Assembly: GCA_944358895.1 (NCBI GenBank)
Contig: CALVSB010000002.1
Span: 2,969 to 66,968, forward strand
DNA from: an uncultured Bacilli bacterium
Lineage (GTDB): Bacteria > Bacillota_I > Bacilli_A > RFN20 > CAG-826
Direction of reading: 5' to 3'
Length of the DNA stretch: 64,000 bases
In this document: piece by piece, positions 26,695 through 36,060 of the stretch
Position numbering within the stretch: the first letter of the stretch is position 1
Layout: each line of letters starts with the position of its first letter
Translations under genes and position numbers: made by a program
The notes under the pieces: generated by a model
Database searches by the model: none
The model's input: only the letters and a program-made list of their open reading frames with translations
Told to the model about the DNA's origin: nothing

Positions 26695-26815
26695 AGACAG
26701 CTGGACCGCGCCGTGGGAACTTCCGTCGAGATCCAGCCGTCACCCTATAAAAGCGAATAGTTGGGGTTTTATTGGCAGACGCGAAAATTTTCTTTCTACA
26801 GATGTTCAAAGAATG

Positions 26816-26848
26816 AAAAAGGCCACCCGTAGGATCATGGGGCGGCCT
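26816..26848 (-). terminator. rho-independent terminator after the PIN-domain gene
   Basis: Minus strand reads GGCCGCCC-catgatcctac-GGGTGGCC (one G-U pair) followed by TTTTT. Confidence 0.7.
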
Positions 26849-26853
26849 TTCCT

Positions 26854-28563
26854 TTATTTGGAGGTGGCTTTGAGGTCGCGGACGGCTTTTTGAAGGCCCC
26901 GGACCGTGTAGTTCAGGTCTTTCAGTTCCGACTGCTTGAGGGTCCGAACCAAGGCTTCCTGAGCCTGAAGGTCCTTGATTTTGCTCTCGAGGGGATAGGT
27001 CGGATTGTTGATCTTCGCCTTGAGGTCGCGGTCGGCCTTGAGCGCTTCTTCGTAGGAAGGGCTATGGACGGCCTTGCGGCCGGGATGGGGCTTGGCCCCG
27101 CTCTTCGGGGCGGAAGCTTCCGCGGCTTCCTGGGCCTTCGGAGCGGCGGGCCGGCTCTTCTTGGCCGCCGGCTTCTTCGCCGGAGCGGTTTCCTTTTTCG
27201 GAGCGGGCTCTTTCCTAGCCGGGGCCGGGGCTTTCGCCGGTTCGGCCTTCGAGGCTTCATCGAGGGTCACCCGGTAATCGCCTTGGTTCTTCTCGATGTG
27301 GAAGACGAGGTTTTTGACCGTGGCGTCCTTCTTGCTTCCAATCTCAAGCATCGCCACTTCGTGGACGAGTTTCGAGAAGTCGGAGCTGACGAGGTCGTAA
27401 GGCCCGTGCACCGCGGCAACGTAAGGTACTCCGTCGTCGCGAATCATCGTGCCGTAACGGCCGAGAAGGTCTTTGAGAGCCGAGATGAAGGTATCGCCTT
27501 TCCCGAAGGGCGAACGCTTTTTGGGCGCTTCCGGGGCCGGCTTAGAAACCGGTCGGGACTCCGGGGCGGGAGCAAGAGGCTGAGACTGGGAAGCCGGCTT
27601 GGCTTCCTTCGCGGACGGAGCCTCTTTCTCTTCGAGGGTCTTTTCCTGAAGGGCGATGACTTCGGCCTTGGCTTTGAGCAAATCGTCGGGTCCATAGAGC
27701 AGGTTCCAGGAGGAAATGTCGGAACTGCTGTAGGATCCTAGGTTCTTGAGCTGGCGATCGAGATCGTCGAGCTTTCTAGCCAAGGGGTAGGTCGAATTGC
27801 GGATGTTGCTCGAGATGGCGCGGTCGAGGGTTTTGATGTCGAGGGGCACAAGGCTCTTCGGCGTCTCTTTCCGAGCGGCCGGCCGAGGGAGCGGCTGGGC
27901 TTCCCGGATGTTCTTTTCCGGGAGTTTGGAAGGAAGGTTGCGGCTGCTCTTGGCCTGGGCACGGACTTGGTTTTGGTAAACGTTTCCTTTGTTCTCGAGG
28001 AGATCCCCGAAGGGATCGACCTTGTAAACGTTCACGAACTTCCCGTGCTGGCTATCGAGGTTGTTCAGGCTTCGCACATCGTCGGCCAGCTGCTTGTCTT
28101 GGCTGATGAGAATGATTTTCTTGTTGATTCTCTGGGCCGAGATTGAGGAATAGATGGCCGGATCCGCAAAGTCTTCCGTACTCCGCACTTTTTCTATCGT
28201 GAAGAGCTTGTTGCCTTTTTTGTCGAGCTTGAGGAAGCGAAGGGCCCGCTTGGCATCGATCCTTTGCTCAAGCGTCTCTCCTTTCTTTGCGTGCTTCTCG
28301 AGTTCGTTGACCACTTGGCCAACCACGATGAACTCGGGACGATGGTCTTCGAAGTATTCCGTCGACAGATTGAGCATGTCGAGGAAGGGGCCGAAGCTTT
28401 CTTCCATGAGGGAACAAGTATCGATGTAGCATAGGTCGATTCCGGACAGGAATTTGGCTAGCTTCGAGGCCTTCGTTTCCTCAGTGAATTGATTTCTTTC
28501 GATGATGGTTGTTTCCTTTCTTTTCCTCCTAGGCTTAATGATACCGCAAAAAGAAGGGACCAT
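26854..28563 (-). CDS. PIN-domain protein with long Lys/Pro/Ala-rich disordered regions and a duplicated helical motif
   Basis: N-terminal part of about 170 aa carries PIN-like acidic positions (CYIDTCSL, VNELEKH, FADPAIY, LISQDKQL). Basic AKP-rich tracts such as AKAPAPARKEPAPKKETAPAKKPAAKK. The motif N[SP]TYPLxxK[LI]xDL occurs twice. Start ATG 28563 is preceded by AAGGAAAG. Confidence 0.55.
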   Translation of the reverse strand: MVPSFCGIIKPRRKRKETTIIERNQFTEETKASKLAKFLSGIDLCYIDTCSLMEESFGPFLDMLNLSTEYFEDHRPEFIVVGQVVNELEKHAKKGETLEQRIDAKRALRFLKLDKKGNKLFTIEKVRSTEDFADPAIYSSISAQRINKKIILISQDKQLADDVRSLNNLDSQHGKFVNVYKVDPFGDLLENKGNVYQNQVRAQAKSSRNLPSKLPEKNIREAQPLPRPAARKETPKSLVPLDIKTLDRAISSNIRNSTYPLARKLDDLDRQLKNLGSYSSSDISSWNLLYGPDDLLKAKAEVIALQEKTLEEKEAPSAKEAKPASQSQPLAPAPESRPVSKPAPEAPKKRSPFGKGDTFISALKDLLGRYGTMIRDDGVPYVAAVHGPYDLVSSDFSKLVHEVAMLEIGSKKDATVKNLVFHIEKNQGDYRVTLDEASKAEPAKAPAPARKEPAPKKETAPAKKPAAKKSRPAAPKAQEAAEASAPKSGAKPHPGRKAVHSPSYEEALKADRDLKAKINNPTYPLESKIKDLQAQEALVRTLKQSELKDLNYTVRGLQKAVRDLKATSK

Positions 28564-28820
28564 GGACCCGGCTTTCCTTGAAAGGGGAAAGACACGGTTT
28601 CGATATATATGAAACCGTTTTCAAAGAGATGAAAAGAATTGTTGTTTCGATGGCATCAAATCTTTTGTTTAAGAGAAAAAGTTCCGATAATTCCTGAAAG
28701 CGCTTAATGTAAGCACTTTCTGAAAGAGGTTTCATAGCCAGGTGCCTTGAATGGGATTTTCAACTCTCTATAGTGATGGCGTTCCCGCAAGGGAGCGATT
28801 GGAAAAAGGAGGTAGAATCC

Positions 28821-28964
28821 ATGATGTTCTTCAACAAGAAAGACGATTCCGCCCTCGAGACCCAAGAAGGCGCGGCCTACAGCGAAAAGCTGGCCGAGCT
28901 CGCCGAGCAAGGTCCGATCTTCGGAAACGACGACGAGAACGAAACCAATATCATCGAGTTCTAA
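28821..28964 (+). CDS. 47-aa acidic small protein
   Basis: AGGAGG at 28807-28812, ATG at 28821, and its own terminator at 28989-29010. Sequence MMFFNKKDDSALETQEGAAYSEKLAELAEQGPIFGNDDENETNIIEF. The longer 28773 start has no RBS. Confidence 0.45.
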   Translation: MMFFNKKDDSALETQEGAAYSEKLAELAEQGPIFGNDDENETNIIEF

Positions 28965-28988
28965 GCGTCAGCTATCTAGCAACCATGG

Positions 28989-29010
28989 CCGTCCCTCGGG
29001 GCGGTTTTTT
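28989..29010 (+). terminator. rho-independent terminator after the small acidic ORF
   Basis: CCGTCC-ctcg-GGGCGG (one G-U pair) followed by TTTTTT. Confidence 0.65.
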
Positions 29011-29063
29011 CGTCCTGAAACTTTCCTTTTTCCCGTGCCGAAACTATTATCCTTGTTAGCCAA

Positions 29064-29702
29064 ATGATTGATTTGACACCGACCGTCGGGCGCAATCTCG
29101 CCCTCCTGAGAAAACATCGAGGCTTGACCCAAGGGCAGCTGGCCGAACGCTTTGCCTATAGCGACAAGGCCATCTCCAAATGGGAACGCGGCGAGGCCCT
29201 ACCCGATCTCAATACCCTTTTCGAGCTGGCTGACTTCTACGGAGTGACCCTCGATTTCCTGACCCACCCCCAAAGCGAGGCGACCCTCCGGGAAATCGGG
29301 CAGAACGATCCAAGGAAAGTCATGTCCAACCGGATCATCATCACCCTCTTGGCTGTCTTGACGATTTGGACATTGGCGACCGTCCTTTTCGTGAGCGATC
29401 TCATCATGAAAACCGCCTGGAGCGGCTGGATGGCCTTCGTGTGGGCAGTTCCAGCGTCTCTCCTTCTTCTCTTGCCTTTCAACCACATATGGGGCAAGAA
29501 GGAATGGCTCTTTCCTTTGACGACCACCTTGATCTGGACCCTTCTCATCGCCGTCTACGTCGAAATGGGGATCGACATTGCCAACAATGCCGGCTGGGAG
29601 CTTGGCTATGTCCTCATCCTCGGAATTCCCGTAACGGCCATCAGCTTCCTCATCCACCGCTACCGGATGCAAAAAAAGCAAAGAAACCCGAAGGAAGAAT
29701 AA
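29064..29702 (+). CDS. membrane-anchored XRE-family HTH regulator (HTH plus four TM segments)
   Basis: N-terminus LALLRKHRGLTQGQLAERFAYSDKAISKWERGEALPDLNTLFELADFYGVTLDFL is a classic Cro/C1 HTH. The C-terminal 130 aa are hydrophobic. Confidence 0.8.
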   Translation: MIDLTPTVGRNLALLRKHRGLTQGQLAERFAYSDKAISKWERGEALPDLNTLFELADFYGVTLDFLTHPQSEATLREIGQNDPRKVMSNRIIITLLAVLTIWTLATVLFVSDLIMKTAWSGWMAFVWAVPASLLLLLPFNHIWGKKEWLFPLTTTLIWTLLIAVYVEMGIDIANNAGWELGYVLILGIPVTAISFLIHRYRMQKKQRNPKEE

Positions 29703-29704
29703 AA

Positions 29705-29732
29705 AGAAGCCGCAAAAGCGGCCTCTTTTTTC
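29705..29732. terminator. bidirectional terminator between convergent genes
   Basis: GCCGC-aaaa-GCGGC flanked by an A-run and a T-run. Confidence 0.6.
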
Positions 29733-29740
29733 GCTTATCG

Positions 29741-30610
29741 TCAGAAAGAAGCAAGGAAGCGCTCGCTGTCAAAGCGGGCTTTCCGCGCATCTTCGGTATC
29801 GACGTCCAGATGGAAGACATGCCCCAGAGGTTCTCCTTTTCCGACGAAATCCTCATAAAGAAGTGGGACGCCGGCCTCCTCGAGTCTTTTCTTGAACGGG
29901 GCGTTCTCGGCATGGAGGAAGTCCCCGTCCGACGTCATGAGGTAAGCGGGAGGGAAAGACGGGCCGATGTGGCAAACCGTTTGAAAGCGCGGGTCGCTTT
30001 TCTTGGAAAACCGCGGCAGGAAATACTTCCACATCCACCACGTCTGCGACACTTCGGAAGTGCCGAGATTCGAGTAGAGCCCGCAATTGAGGGAGAGGCC
30101 GTTCACCCGGAGATCGAGGCAAAGGCCCGGAAAGAGTTTCCGGTACTCCTCGCTCGACTGGACGAGCCCGAAGACATAAGAGAGATTGGCTCCGGCCGAA
30201 TCGCCATATAGATAGACATGCGACAAATCAGCGCCCCACTCCGCGCCATGGGTCTTTGCAAAGGAAAGAACTTCATCCAGGCAATAGAGCTGAGTCGGGA
30301 AGCGATGTCCCGGGGCCAAAGGATAGTTGAAACAAATGACGACATAGCCGTCATGGGCCAAGGCTTTCGCATAGCGGGAGTAGATTTCCTTCGTCCCGTA
30401 TAGATAGCCGCCTCCATGGACGACGACGATCGTCGGGAGCGGGCCGTCGACGTCTTTGCGGTAGACATCGAGGAGCCCCCACTTGCCGTGACGCTTGTCG
30501 TAGGAAAGGTCCTTCCACTCCTTGAGATCGGTCGGCAGGGGTTTCCCGGCATCGCGCTTCGTGTCGTTTTTGAGACAGCCTTTTCCGAAGAGGTAATTGA
30601 TCAGGGCCAT
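29741..30610 (-). CDS. alpha/beta hydrolase, hormone-sensitive-lipase-type esterase
   Basis: ORF trimmed to ATG 30610, with AGGAGG 8 nt upstream. Oxyanion motif VVHGGGY and nucleophile elbow GDSAGANL. Confidence 0.8.
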   Translation of the reverse strand: MALINYLFGKGCLKNDTKRDAGKPLPTDLKEWKDLSYDKRHGKWGLLDVYRKDVDGPLPTIVVVHGGGYLYGTKEIYSRYAKALAHDGYVVICFNYPLAPGHRFPTQLYCLDEVLSFAKTHGAEWGADLSHVYLYGDSAGANLSYVFGLVQSSEEYRKLFPGLCLDLRVNGLSLNCGLYSNLGTSEVSQTWWMWKYFLPRFSKKSDPRFQTVCHIGPSFPPAYLMTSDGDFLHAENAPFKKRLEEAGVPLLYEDFVGKGEPLGHVFHLDVDTEDARKARFDSERFLASF

Positions 30611-30633
30611 ACGAAGTCCTCCTTCGTTAATAT

Positions 30634-30662
30634 AAAGCAAAAGCCCGGCGGAAAACCGGGCT
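30634..30662 (-). terminator. rho-independent terminator after clpB
   Basis: Minus strand reads AGCCCGG-ttttccg-CCGGGCT followed by TTTGCTTT. Confidence 0.7.
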
Positions 30663-30667
30663 TCGCT

Positions 30668-32779
30668 TCATTTGAGGAGCAAACCTTCTTTCTTGTCGAA
30701 GGAAAGGACGTACTTCTTCTCGGTCGAGAGGCTTCCCTCCACGATCTTCGTCGCGAGGAAGGTCTCGATTTTGTCGGAGATGAAACGCTTGAGCGGCCGC
30801 GCCCCGTATTTCGGGGTGTAGGCGGCATCGAGCACATAGTCGACGAGCGATTCGTCGAAGTCGACGGTGTAGTACCTCTCGGCGAGACGCTTCCCGAGTT
30901 CGGAGAGCATCTTCTTGACGATGAGGCGCTGCATCGACTTGTCGAGCGGGTTGAAGTAGACGATCTCGTCGATCCGGTTGAGGAATTCCGGCTTGAAGGT
31001 CTGGTGAAGGAGCGGCTCCACCATTTCCCGATGTCCCTCGAGGATATAGTCGCTCCCGAGGTTGCTCGTCATGATGATGATGGTGTTCTTGAAGTCGATG
31101 AGGCGGCCTTGGCTATCGGTCAAGCGGCCTTCGTCAAGGATCTGAAGAAGCAGGTTGTAGACCTCCGGGTTGGCCTTTTCGATTTCGTCGAAGAGGACGA
31201 TCGAGTAAGGATTCCGGCGGACCTTTTCCGTCAGCTGGCCTCCTTCTTCATAGCCGACATAGCCAGGCGGGGCTCCGATGAGGCGGCTGACCGAGTATTT
31301 TTCCATGTACTCGGACATGTCAATTCGGATGATGTTGTTCTCGTTGTCGAAGAGAGCTTCGGCCAAGGCTTTGCTGACCTCGGTCTTGCCGACGCCGGTC
31401 GGCCCGAGGAAGAGGAAGCTCCCGATCGGGCGGTTCGGGTTTTGGATCCCGGCCCGCTGACGGAGGATGGCGTTCGAAACCAAGGTGATGGCTTCGTCCT
31501 GGCCGATGACCCGCTTCTCGAGGGTCGACTTGAGATCGAGAACCTTTTCGCGGTCCCCTTTCTCGATCCGGCTCACCGGGATATTGGTCATCCTAGAGAC
31601 GATTTTGGCAATGAGGTCTTCGTCGACCACCTCGTTGACGAGACGGTCTTCGTCCTTCCCCTTGGCCGCGATGGCGTTCAGCCGCTTCTCCATCTCCGGG
31701 ATCGTTTGATACTGGAGACGGGAAGCATTTTCGTAATCGCCATGCGCGAAATACGTCTGCAAATCGAACTTGGCTTTCTCGATTTTGCCCTTGAGGTCCT
31801 TCGCGTCCTTGATCTCGGCCTTCTCGACTTCCCACTTCTTGGAGAGTTCGTCGAATTTGGCTTTGCAGTTCGCTAGTTCCTTTTCGAGGTCCTCGAGGCG
31901 GCGTTTGCTCGACTCGTCGGTTTCCTTCTTGAGGTTGACCCGCTCGACCTCGAGCTGACGCATCTTGCGGTTGACCTCGTCGAGCTCGACCGGCATCGAC
32001 TCGATCTCGACCTTGATGGTCGCGCAGGCTTCGTCGACCAGGTCGATAGCCTTGTCGGGGAGGAAGCGGCTGGTGATGTAGCGGTTCGAAAGGACGGCGG
32101 AGGCGACGAGCGCTCCGTCGGTAATCTCGACGCCGTGGTAGGACTCAAAGCGTTCCTTGAGTCCCCGCAGGATCGAAATCGTATCCTCGACCGTCGGCTC
32201 GCCAACCATCACCGGCTGGAACCGCCGCTCGAGCGCGCGGTCCTTTTCGATGTAGTTGCGGTACTCGTTCAGGGTCGTGGCCCCGATGCAGTCGATCTCG
32301 CCGCGGGCCAGAAGGGGCTTCAGCATGTTTGATGCATCCATGGCCCCGTCGGTCCGTCCGGCCCCGACGATGAGGTGAATTTCGTCGATGAAGAGAATGA
32401 TCTTGCCGTTGCTGTCCTTGATCTTGTTGAGGACGGCTTTCAGCCGTTCCTCGAACTCGCCGCGGTACTTCGCGCCGGCCAAAAGAGCTCCCATGTCGAG
32501 CTCATAGACTTCCTTGTCCTTTAAAGAGGAGGGGACGTCGTCTTTGACGATCCGTTCGGCTAGGCCTTCAACGATGGCCGTCTTGCCAACGCCCGGCTCG
32601 CCCAAAAGGATGACGTTGTTTTTGGTCTTGCGGGCCAAAATCTGGATGACTTTCCGGATTTCGTCGTCGCGCCCGATGACGGGGTCGACTTTGCCCTTTT
32701 TGACGTCTTCGTTGATGTTGCGACCGAACTTCTCGAGGATGTTCTCGTCGTTTTGATAATCCATCATTCCGTTATCCAT
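30668..32779 (-). CDS. clpB: AAA+ disaggregase ClpB lacking the N-terminal domain
   Basis: Two Walker A motifs ([16 protein letters not shown]). Coiled-coil middle domain ([19 protein letters not shown]...) between NBD1 and NBD2. The protein starts only about 25 aa before the conserved [12 protein letters not shown]. 703 aa. Confidence 0.9.
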   Translation of the reverse strand: MDNGMMDYQNDENILEKFGRNINEDVKKGKVDPVIGRDDEIRKVIQILARKTKNNVILLGEPGVGKTAIVEGLAERIVKDDVPSSLKDKEVYELDMGALLAGAKYRGEFEERLKAVLNKIKDSNGKIILFIDEIHLIVGAGRTDGAMDASNMLKPLLARGEIDCIGATTLNEYRNYIEKDRALERRFQPVMVGEPTVEDTISILRGLKERFESYHGVEITDGALVASAVLSNRYITSRFLPDKAIDLVDEACATIKVEIESMPVELDEVNRKMRQLEVERVNLKKETDESSKRRLEDLEKELANCKAKFDELSKKWEVEKAEIKDAKDLKGKIEKAKFDLQTYFAHGDYENASRLQYQTIPEMEKRLNAIAAKGKDEDRLVNEVVDEDLIAKIVSRMTNIPVSRIEKGDREKVLDLKSTLEKRVIGQDEAITLVSNAILRQRAGIQNPNRPIGSFLFLGPTGVGKTEVSKALAEALFDNENNIIRIDMSEYMEKYSVSRLIGAPPGYVGYEEGGQLTEKVRRNPYSIVLFDEIEKANPEVYNLLLQILDEGRLTDSQGRLIDFKNTIIIMTSNLGSDYILEGHREMVEPLLHQTFKPEFLNRIDEIVYFNPLDKSMQRLIVKKMLSELGKRLAERYYTVDFDESLVDYVLDAAYTPKYGARPLKRFISDKIETFLATKIVEGSLSTEKKYVLSFDKKEGLLLK

Positions 32780-32821
32780 ATGGCAAAACCTCCTTTGCGA
32801 GGCATACTCTATACCATATGT

Positions 32822-32848
32822 TTGGCACTCGCAAGTGGTGAGTGCTAA
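32822..32848. promoter_or_regulatory. CIRCE (HrcA operator) upstream of clpB
   Basis: Minus strand reads TTAGCACTC-accacttgc-GAGTGCCAA, compared with the consensus TTAGCACTC-N9-GAGTGCTAA (one mismatch). A putative extended -10 TGGTATAGA lies at 32808-32816, and AGGAGG lies 9 nt before ATG 32779. Confidence 0.8.
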
Positions 32849-32857
32849 ATGAAAAAG

Positions 32858-33208
32858 TCAATTGTCGTCGGTCTCGATCTCGGAAATCTCGAATTCGGTC
32901 CCGTCGATGGTATCGAAATCGTCCATGGACCCGCATTTGGGGCATTTCCGGTCGTTTTCGGCAATCGCGAAGACGAAGCCGCATTGGCGGCAGCGCCCGT
33001 GCGCTTTCGTCAGATTCAGCTTCAGGGAGCAGTCTTTGTAAGGGGTATCGGCTTTCGCCGCTTCCCAGCAATCCAAAAGGAAACGGGGGACGACCATCGA
33101 GGCCTCCCCCACATCCAAGGTAATGGAAGTGATGTGGCTCACTCCCTCTCGTTTCAAAAGGTCATCGAGCGTCGACATGAGCTCGAAGCATAGACCCATC
33201 TCGTGCAT
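32858..33208 (-). CDS. hypA: nickel insertion metallochaperone HypA
   Basis: 116 aa. MHEMGLC N-terminus (MHE Ni site) and Zn ribbon CRQCG...CPKCG. Confidence 0.85.
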   Translation of the reverse strand: MHEMGLCFELMSTLDDLLKREGVSHITSITLDVGEASMVVPRFLLDCWEAAKADTPYKDCSLKLNLTKAHGRCRQCGFVFAIAENDRKCPKCGSMDDFDTIDGTEFEISEIETDDN

Positions 33209-33210
33209 GG

Positions 33211-36057
33211 CTAGCGGATCGTTTCCTTCTTCTCGTCCTGAGAGTCGAGGTCGTCTTTGTTGACCAGCTTGGATTTTCCCTTGCCAGTGAAGACGATCTT
33301 GAGGTTCCGGGAGAGGAGGTGGGGCGCGGCGTTGACCGTCGCCTTTTCATAAACGACCCCTTGGGCATCGAAGCGCCGCTCGAGATGGATGGCATCGAAT
33401 TCGCAACGGGTCGTGCAGAGGCCGCAGCCGACGCACATCGTCTCGTCGACATAGGTCCGCCCGCACTTGAGGCAGCGGCCCGCTTCTTTCTTGGCCTCGG
33501 CCTCGGTGAGAAGGACGCGGTCGTCTTTCATCTCGTCCTCGCCCTTGGCCCGCTTGACCTCGACCCGCGGAGCGTTGTCGAAGCCCTGGACGACGATGTT
33601 GTCCTTATCGAGCATGTAGGAAGCGAGGTACGGGTTCTGAGCCCGGCCGATCGTGAGCGATTGCCCCGGATGGACATGCCGATGCATCGATTCGGCGGCT
33701 TCGTGGCCGGCCGCGATGGCGTCGATCACGAAGCGGGGGCCATAGTAGCAGTCGCCGCCGGTGAAGATATCGGGATCGTCAGTCTGGAAGGTGAGCCCGT
33801 CGGCTTTGATCCGGCCCGACTTCGTGAGGGCGCAGGACGTAGTCTCGAGGAGATGACCCCACTCGCAAACTTGGCCGATGGCCGAGATGAAGTAGTCGCA
33901 TTCGACTTCTAGGAGGTCGTTCTCGTCGTAAGAAGGATTGAAGCGGTAATTCTCGTCGTAGACCGAAACGCACTTCTTGAGGATGGCTTTCTTAAGGACG
34001 CCTTTTTCGCCTTGGAACTCTTTGACGCCCCAGCCGTTATGGATGATGATGCCCTCTTCCTCGGCTTCGTCGATTTCTTCCTTGGCGGCCGTCATGATGT
34101 TCCGGCTTTCAAGGCAATAGAGGTCGACGGCCGAAGCTCCGTAACGGATGGCCGTCCGTGCCACGTCGATGGCGACATTGCCGCCGCCCATGACCGCCAC
34201 GCGGCCGCGGAGGCGCGGGGCTTTGCCAAGGTTTACGCCCTTGAGGAAGGCAACGCCCGAAAGAATACCCTGGTTTTCTTCCCCGGCTACCCCGAGCTTC
34301 CGGCTTCCCTGAGCTCCGATGGCCAGATAGAAAGCTTGGTAGCCCTCATTCTTCAGCTCTTGGATGGAAACGTTCTTTCCGACCTCAACCCCGGTTTTGA
34401 ACTCGACCCCAAGGTCGCGGAGGACGTCGATTTCGGCTTCGACGACTTCCTTTTCGAGGCGGAAGGACGGGATGCCAAGCGTCAGCATGCCGCCGAGGCG
34501 GTTCTCCTTTTCGAAGACAGTGACCGAATAGCCCATGGCTGCGAGGTAATAGGCGCAGCTGAGACCGGCCGGGCCGCCGCCGATGACGGCCATCTTGATA
34601 TGGTGGAACTCCGGGTGCTCAATTCGCGGCAAAACCCGGCTCTTTTTGTTCAAATCGAGTTCAGCGACATACTTTTTGACCTCGTCGATCGAGACCGCTT
34701 GGTCGATGCTTCCCCGGGTGCAGGCATCCTCGCAGCGCTTGTTGCAAACGCGGCCGCAGACCGCCGGGAACGGGTTCTTTTTCTTGATGAGGCGAAGCGC
34801 GTCTTCGTATCTACCCTCGCGGGCCAATTCGAGATAGCCCTCGATGGCGATATGGGCCGGGCAGGCGACTTTGCATGGAGCGGTCCCCGTTTCGGCCATG
34901 ACATAGTCGCGGTTATAGCGGTAGTCGGGGTTCCACTTGTCGCTTCCCCACTTGTGGTCGAAAGCGCTTAGCGGCGTCTTGATCTTGATCGGCTTCTTGT
35001 TTTCTAGCCGTTCGCCGAGCTTGAGGGCGTTCATCGGGCAGGCTTCGACACATTCGCCGCAGGCCACGCATTTGTCGGGATCGATTTTGGAGATGTAGTT
35101 GCTCCTGATCATCGTGGCGGTATGGAAATACTCGCCCGTCCGGAGGGAGAAGCACGAGCAGCCGCAGCAATTGCACATCGCGTGGGTGGATCCGGGGCCG
35201 TCGGTATTCGGCATCTCGTGCATGAGGCCGTTGTCCTCGGCCTTCTTCAGGATCTCGTAGCATTCTTCCTTGCTGATCCGCCTTCCGCGCCCGGCATGGA
35301 TGAAAGCCCGGGCTGCCTCGTTGAATTGGATGCACATATCATCTTCAAGGTGGCCGCAGCCTTCGCCTTGGATCCGCCTGGCCACCCGGCAGGAACACGG
35401 GGAAACGCAAATGTCGGTCGCCGTTTCAACGTAATGGGAAATCTCTTCGTCGACCGTGTGCTTCGGGTCGTCCTTGATGGCACTTTCGATCGGAATGACC
35501 CGCATGACGCCGCCGCCGACCGGGAGGTTGCCCGCCAGCGGCATGATCCGCTTGATCGTGTATTCGTTGAAGGCCTTTGGGATTTCCGGATGGGCCTCGG
35601 CTAGCTTCACATTGTCGACCAGGCATTCCATGATGCCAGGGACGAAGATCGGGATCCAATAGCCACCCTGCTTCTGATTGTTCTTGTCGGGCCCGGCTTC
35701 CGGATCCTCGGGGTCGAACATCAGGATGCCCGTCATCGCGAGTTCCTTCAGCATCGGTTCGACTTTTTCGACCGGCATTTTGTTCTTCTTCGCGATATCC
35801 TCGAGGGTGTAGTGCTTCCGCAGCTTCATCGAAAGGACGAGCTTGGCTTCGTCGTCGCTCACGCAGCAAGCCAGGGCGTTGTACTCGGGGTCGCCGGCAA
35901 TGACCTTGACCCCGGGCAGGGTCTGGATGTGGTTGGCAAGCCTCGTAATGAGCTTCCTTTCCTTCTCGCCGGAAGGCAGGACGTTCTTTACCGGGCCGTC
36001 CTTATAGACTCCCTCGGCGTAGTCCTGTTTGTCGACGCGATACTTTTTCTCGTCCAT
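33211..36057 (-). CDS. 948-aa multidomain Fe-S flavoprotein: Cys-rich N-terminal module, 4Fe-4S ferredoxin motifs, GltD-like NAD(P)H/FAD oxidoreductase domain, C-terminal ferredoxin motif
   Basis: Cys clusters CVSPCSCRVARR...GCGH...MC and CNCCGCSC. Ferredoxin motifs CVACGECVEACP and CVGCGLCTTRC. GltD-type Fe-S motif CGRVCNKRCEDACTRG. Dinucleotide folds VIGGGPAGLSCAYYL and VMGGGNVAIDVA, plus FTGGDC. Confidence 0.75.
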   Translation of the reverse strand: MDEKKYRVDKQDYAEGVYKDGPVKNVLPSGEKERKLITRLANHIQTLPGVKVIAGDPEYNALACCVSDDEAKLVLSMKLRKHYTLEDIAKKNKMPVEKVEPMLKELAMTGILMFDPEDPEAGPDKNNQKQGGYWIPIFVPGIMECLVDNVKLAEAHPEIPKAFNEYTIKRIMPLAGNLPVGGGVMRVIPIESAIKDDPKHTVDEEISHYVETATDICVSPCSCRVARRIQGEGCGHLEDDMCIQFNEAARAFIHAGRGRRISKEECYEILKKAEDNGLMHEMPNTDGPGSTHAMCNCCGCSCFSLRTGEYFHTATMIRSNYISKIDPDKCVACGECVEACPMNALKLGERLENKKPIKIKTPLSAFDHKWGSDKWNPDYRYNRDYVMAETGTAPCKVACPAHIAIEGYLELAREGRYEDALRLIKKKNPFPAVCGRVCNKRCEDACTRGSIDQAVSIDEVKKYVAELDLNKKSRVLPRIEHPEFHHIKMAVIGGGPAGLSCAYYLAAMGYSVTVFEKENRLGGMLTLGIPSFRLEKEVVEAEIDVLRDLGVEFKTGVEVGKNVSIQELKNEGYQAFYLAIGAQGSRKLGVAGEENQGILSGVAFLKGVNLGKAPRLRGRVAVMGGGNVAIDVARTAIRYGASAVDLYCLESRNIMTAAKEEIDEAEEEGIIIHNGWGVKEFQGEKGVLKKAILKKCVSVYDENYRFNPSYDENDLLEVECDYFISAIGQVCEWGHLLETTSCALTKSGRIKADGLTFQTDDPDIFTGGDCYYGPRFVIDAIAAGHEAAESMHRHVHPGQSLTIGRAQNPYLASYMLDKDNIVVQGFDNAPRVEVKRAKGEDEMKDDRVLLTEAEAKKEAGRCLKCGRTYVDETMCVGCGLCTTRCEFDAIHLERRFDAQGVVYEKATVNAAPHLLSRNLKIVFTGKGKSKLVNKDDLDSQDEKKETIR

Positions 36058-36060
36058 CCT

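Noticed and set aside
26699-26740. Possible guanidine-II (mini-ykkC) style element, because two ACGG motifs occur on the minus strand.
   Set aside because: The ACGG tetranucleotides are not presented as loops closed by complementary stems. Only one outer 6-7 bp stem can be drawn.
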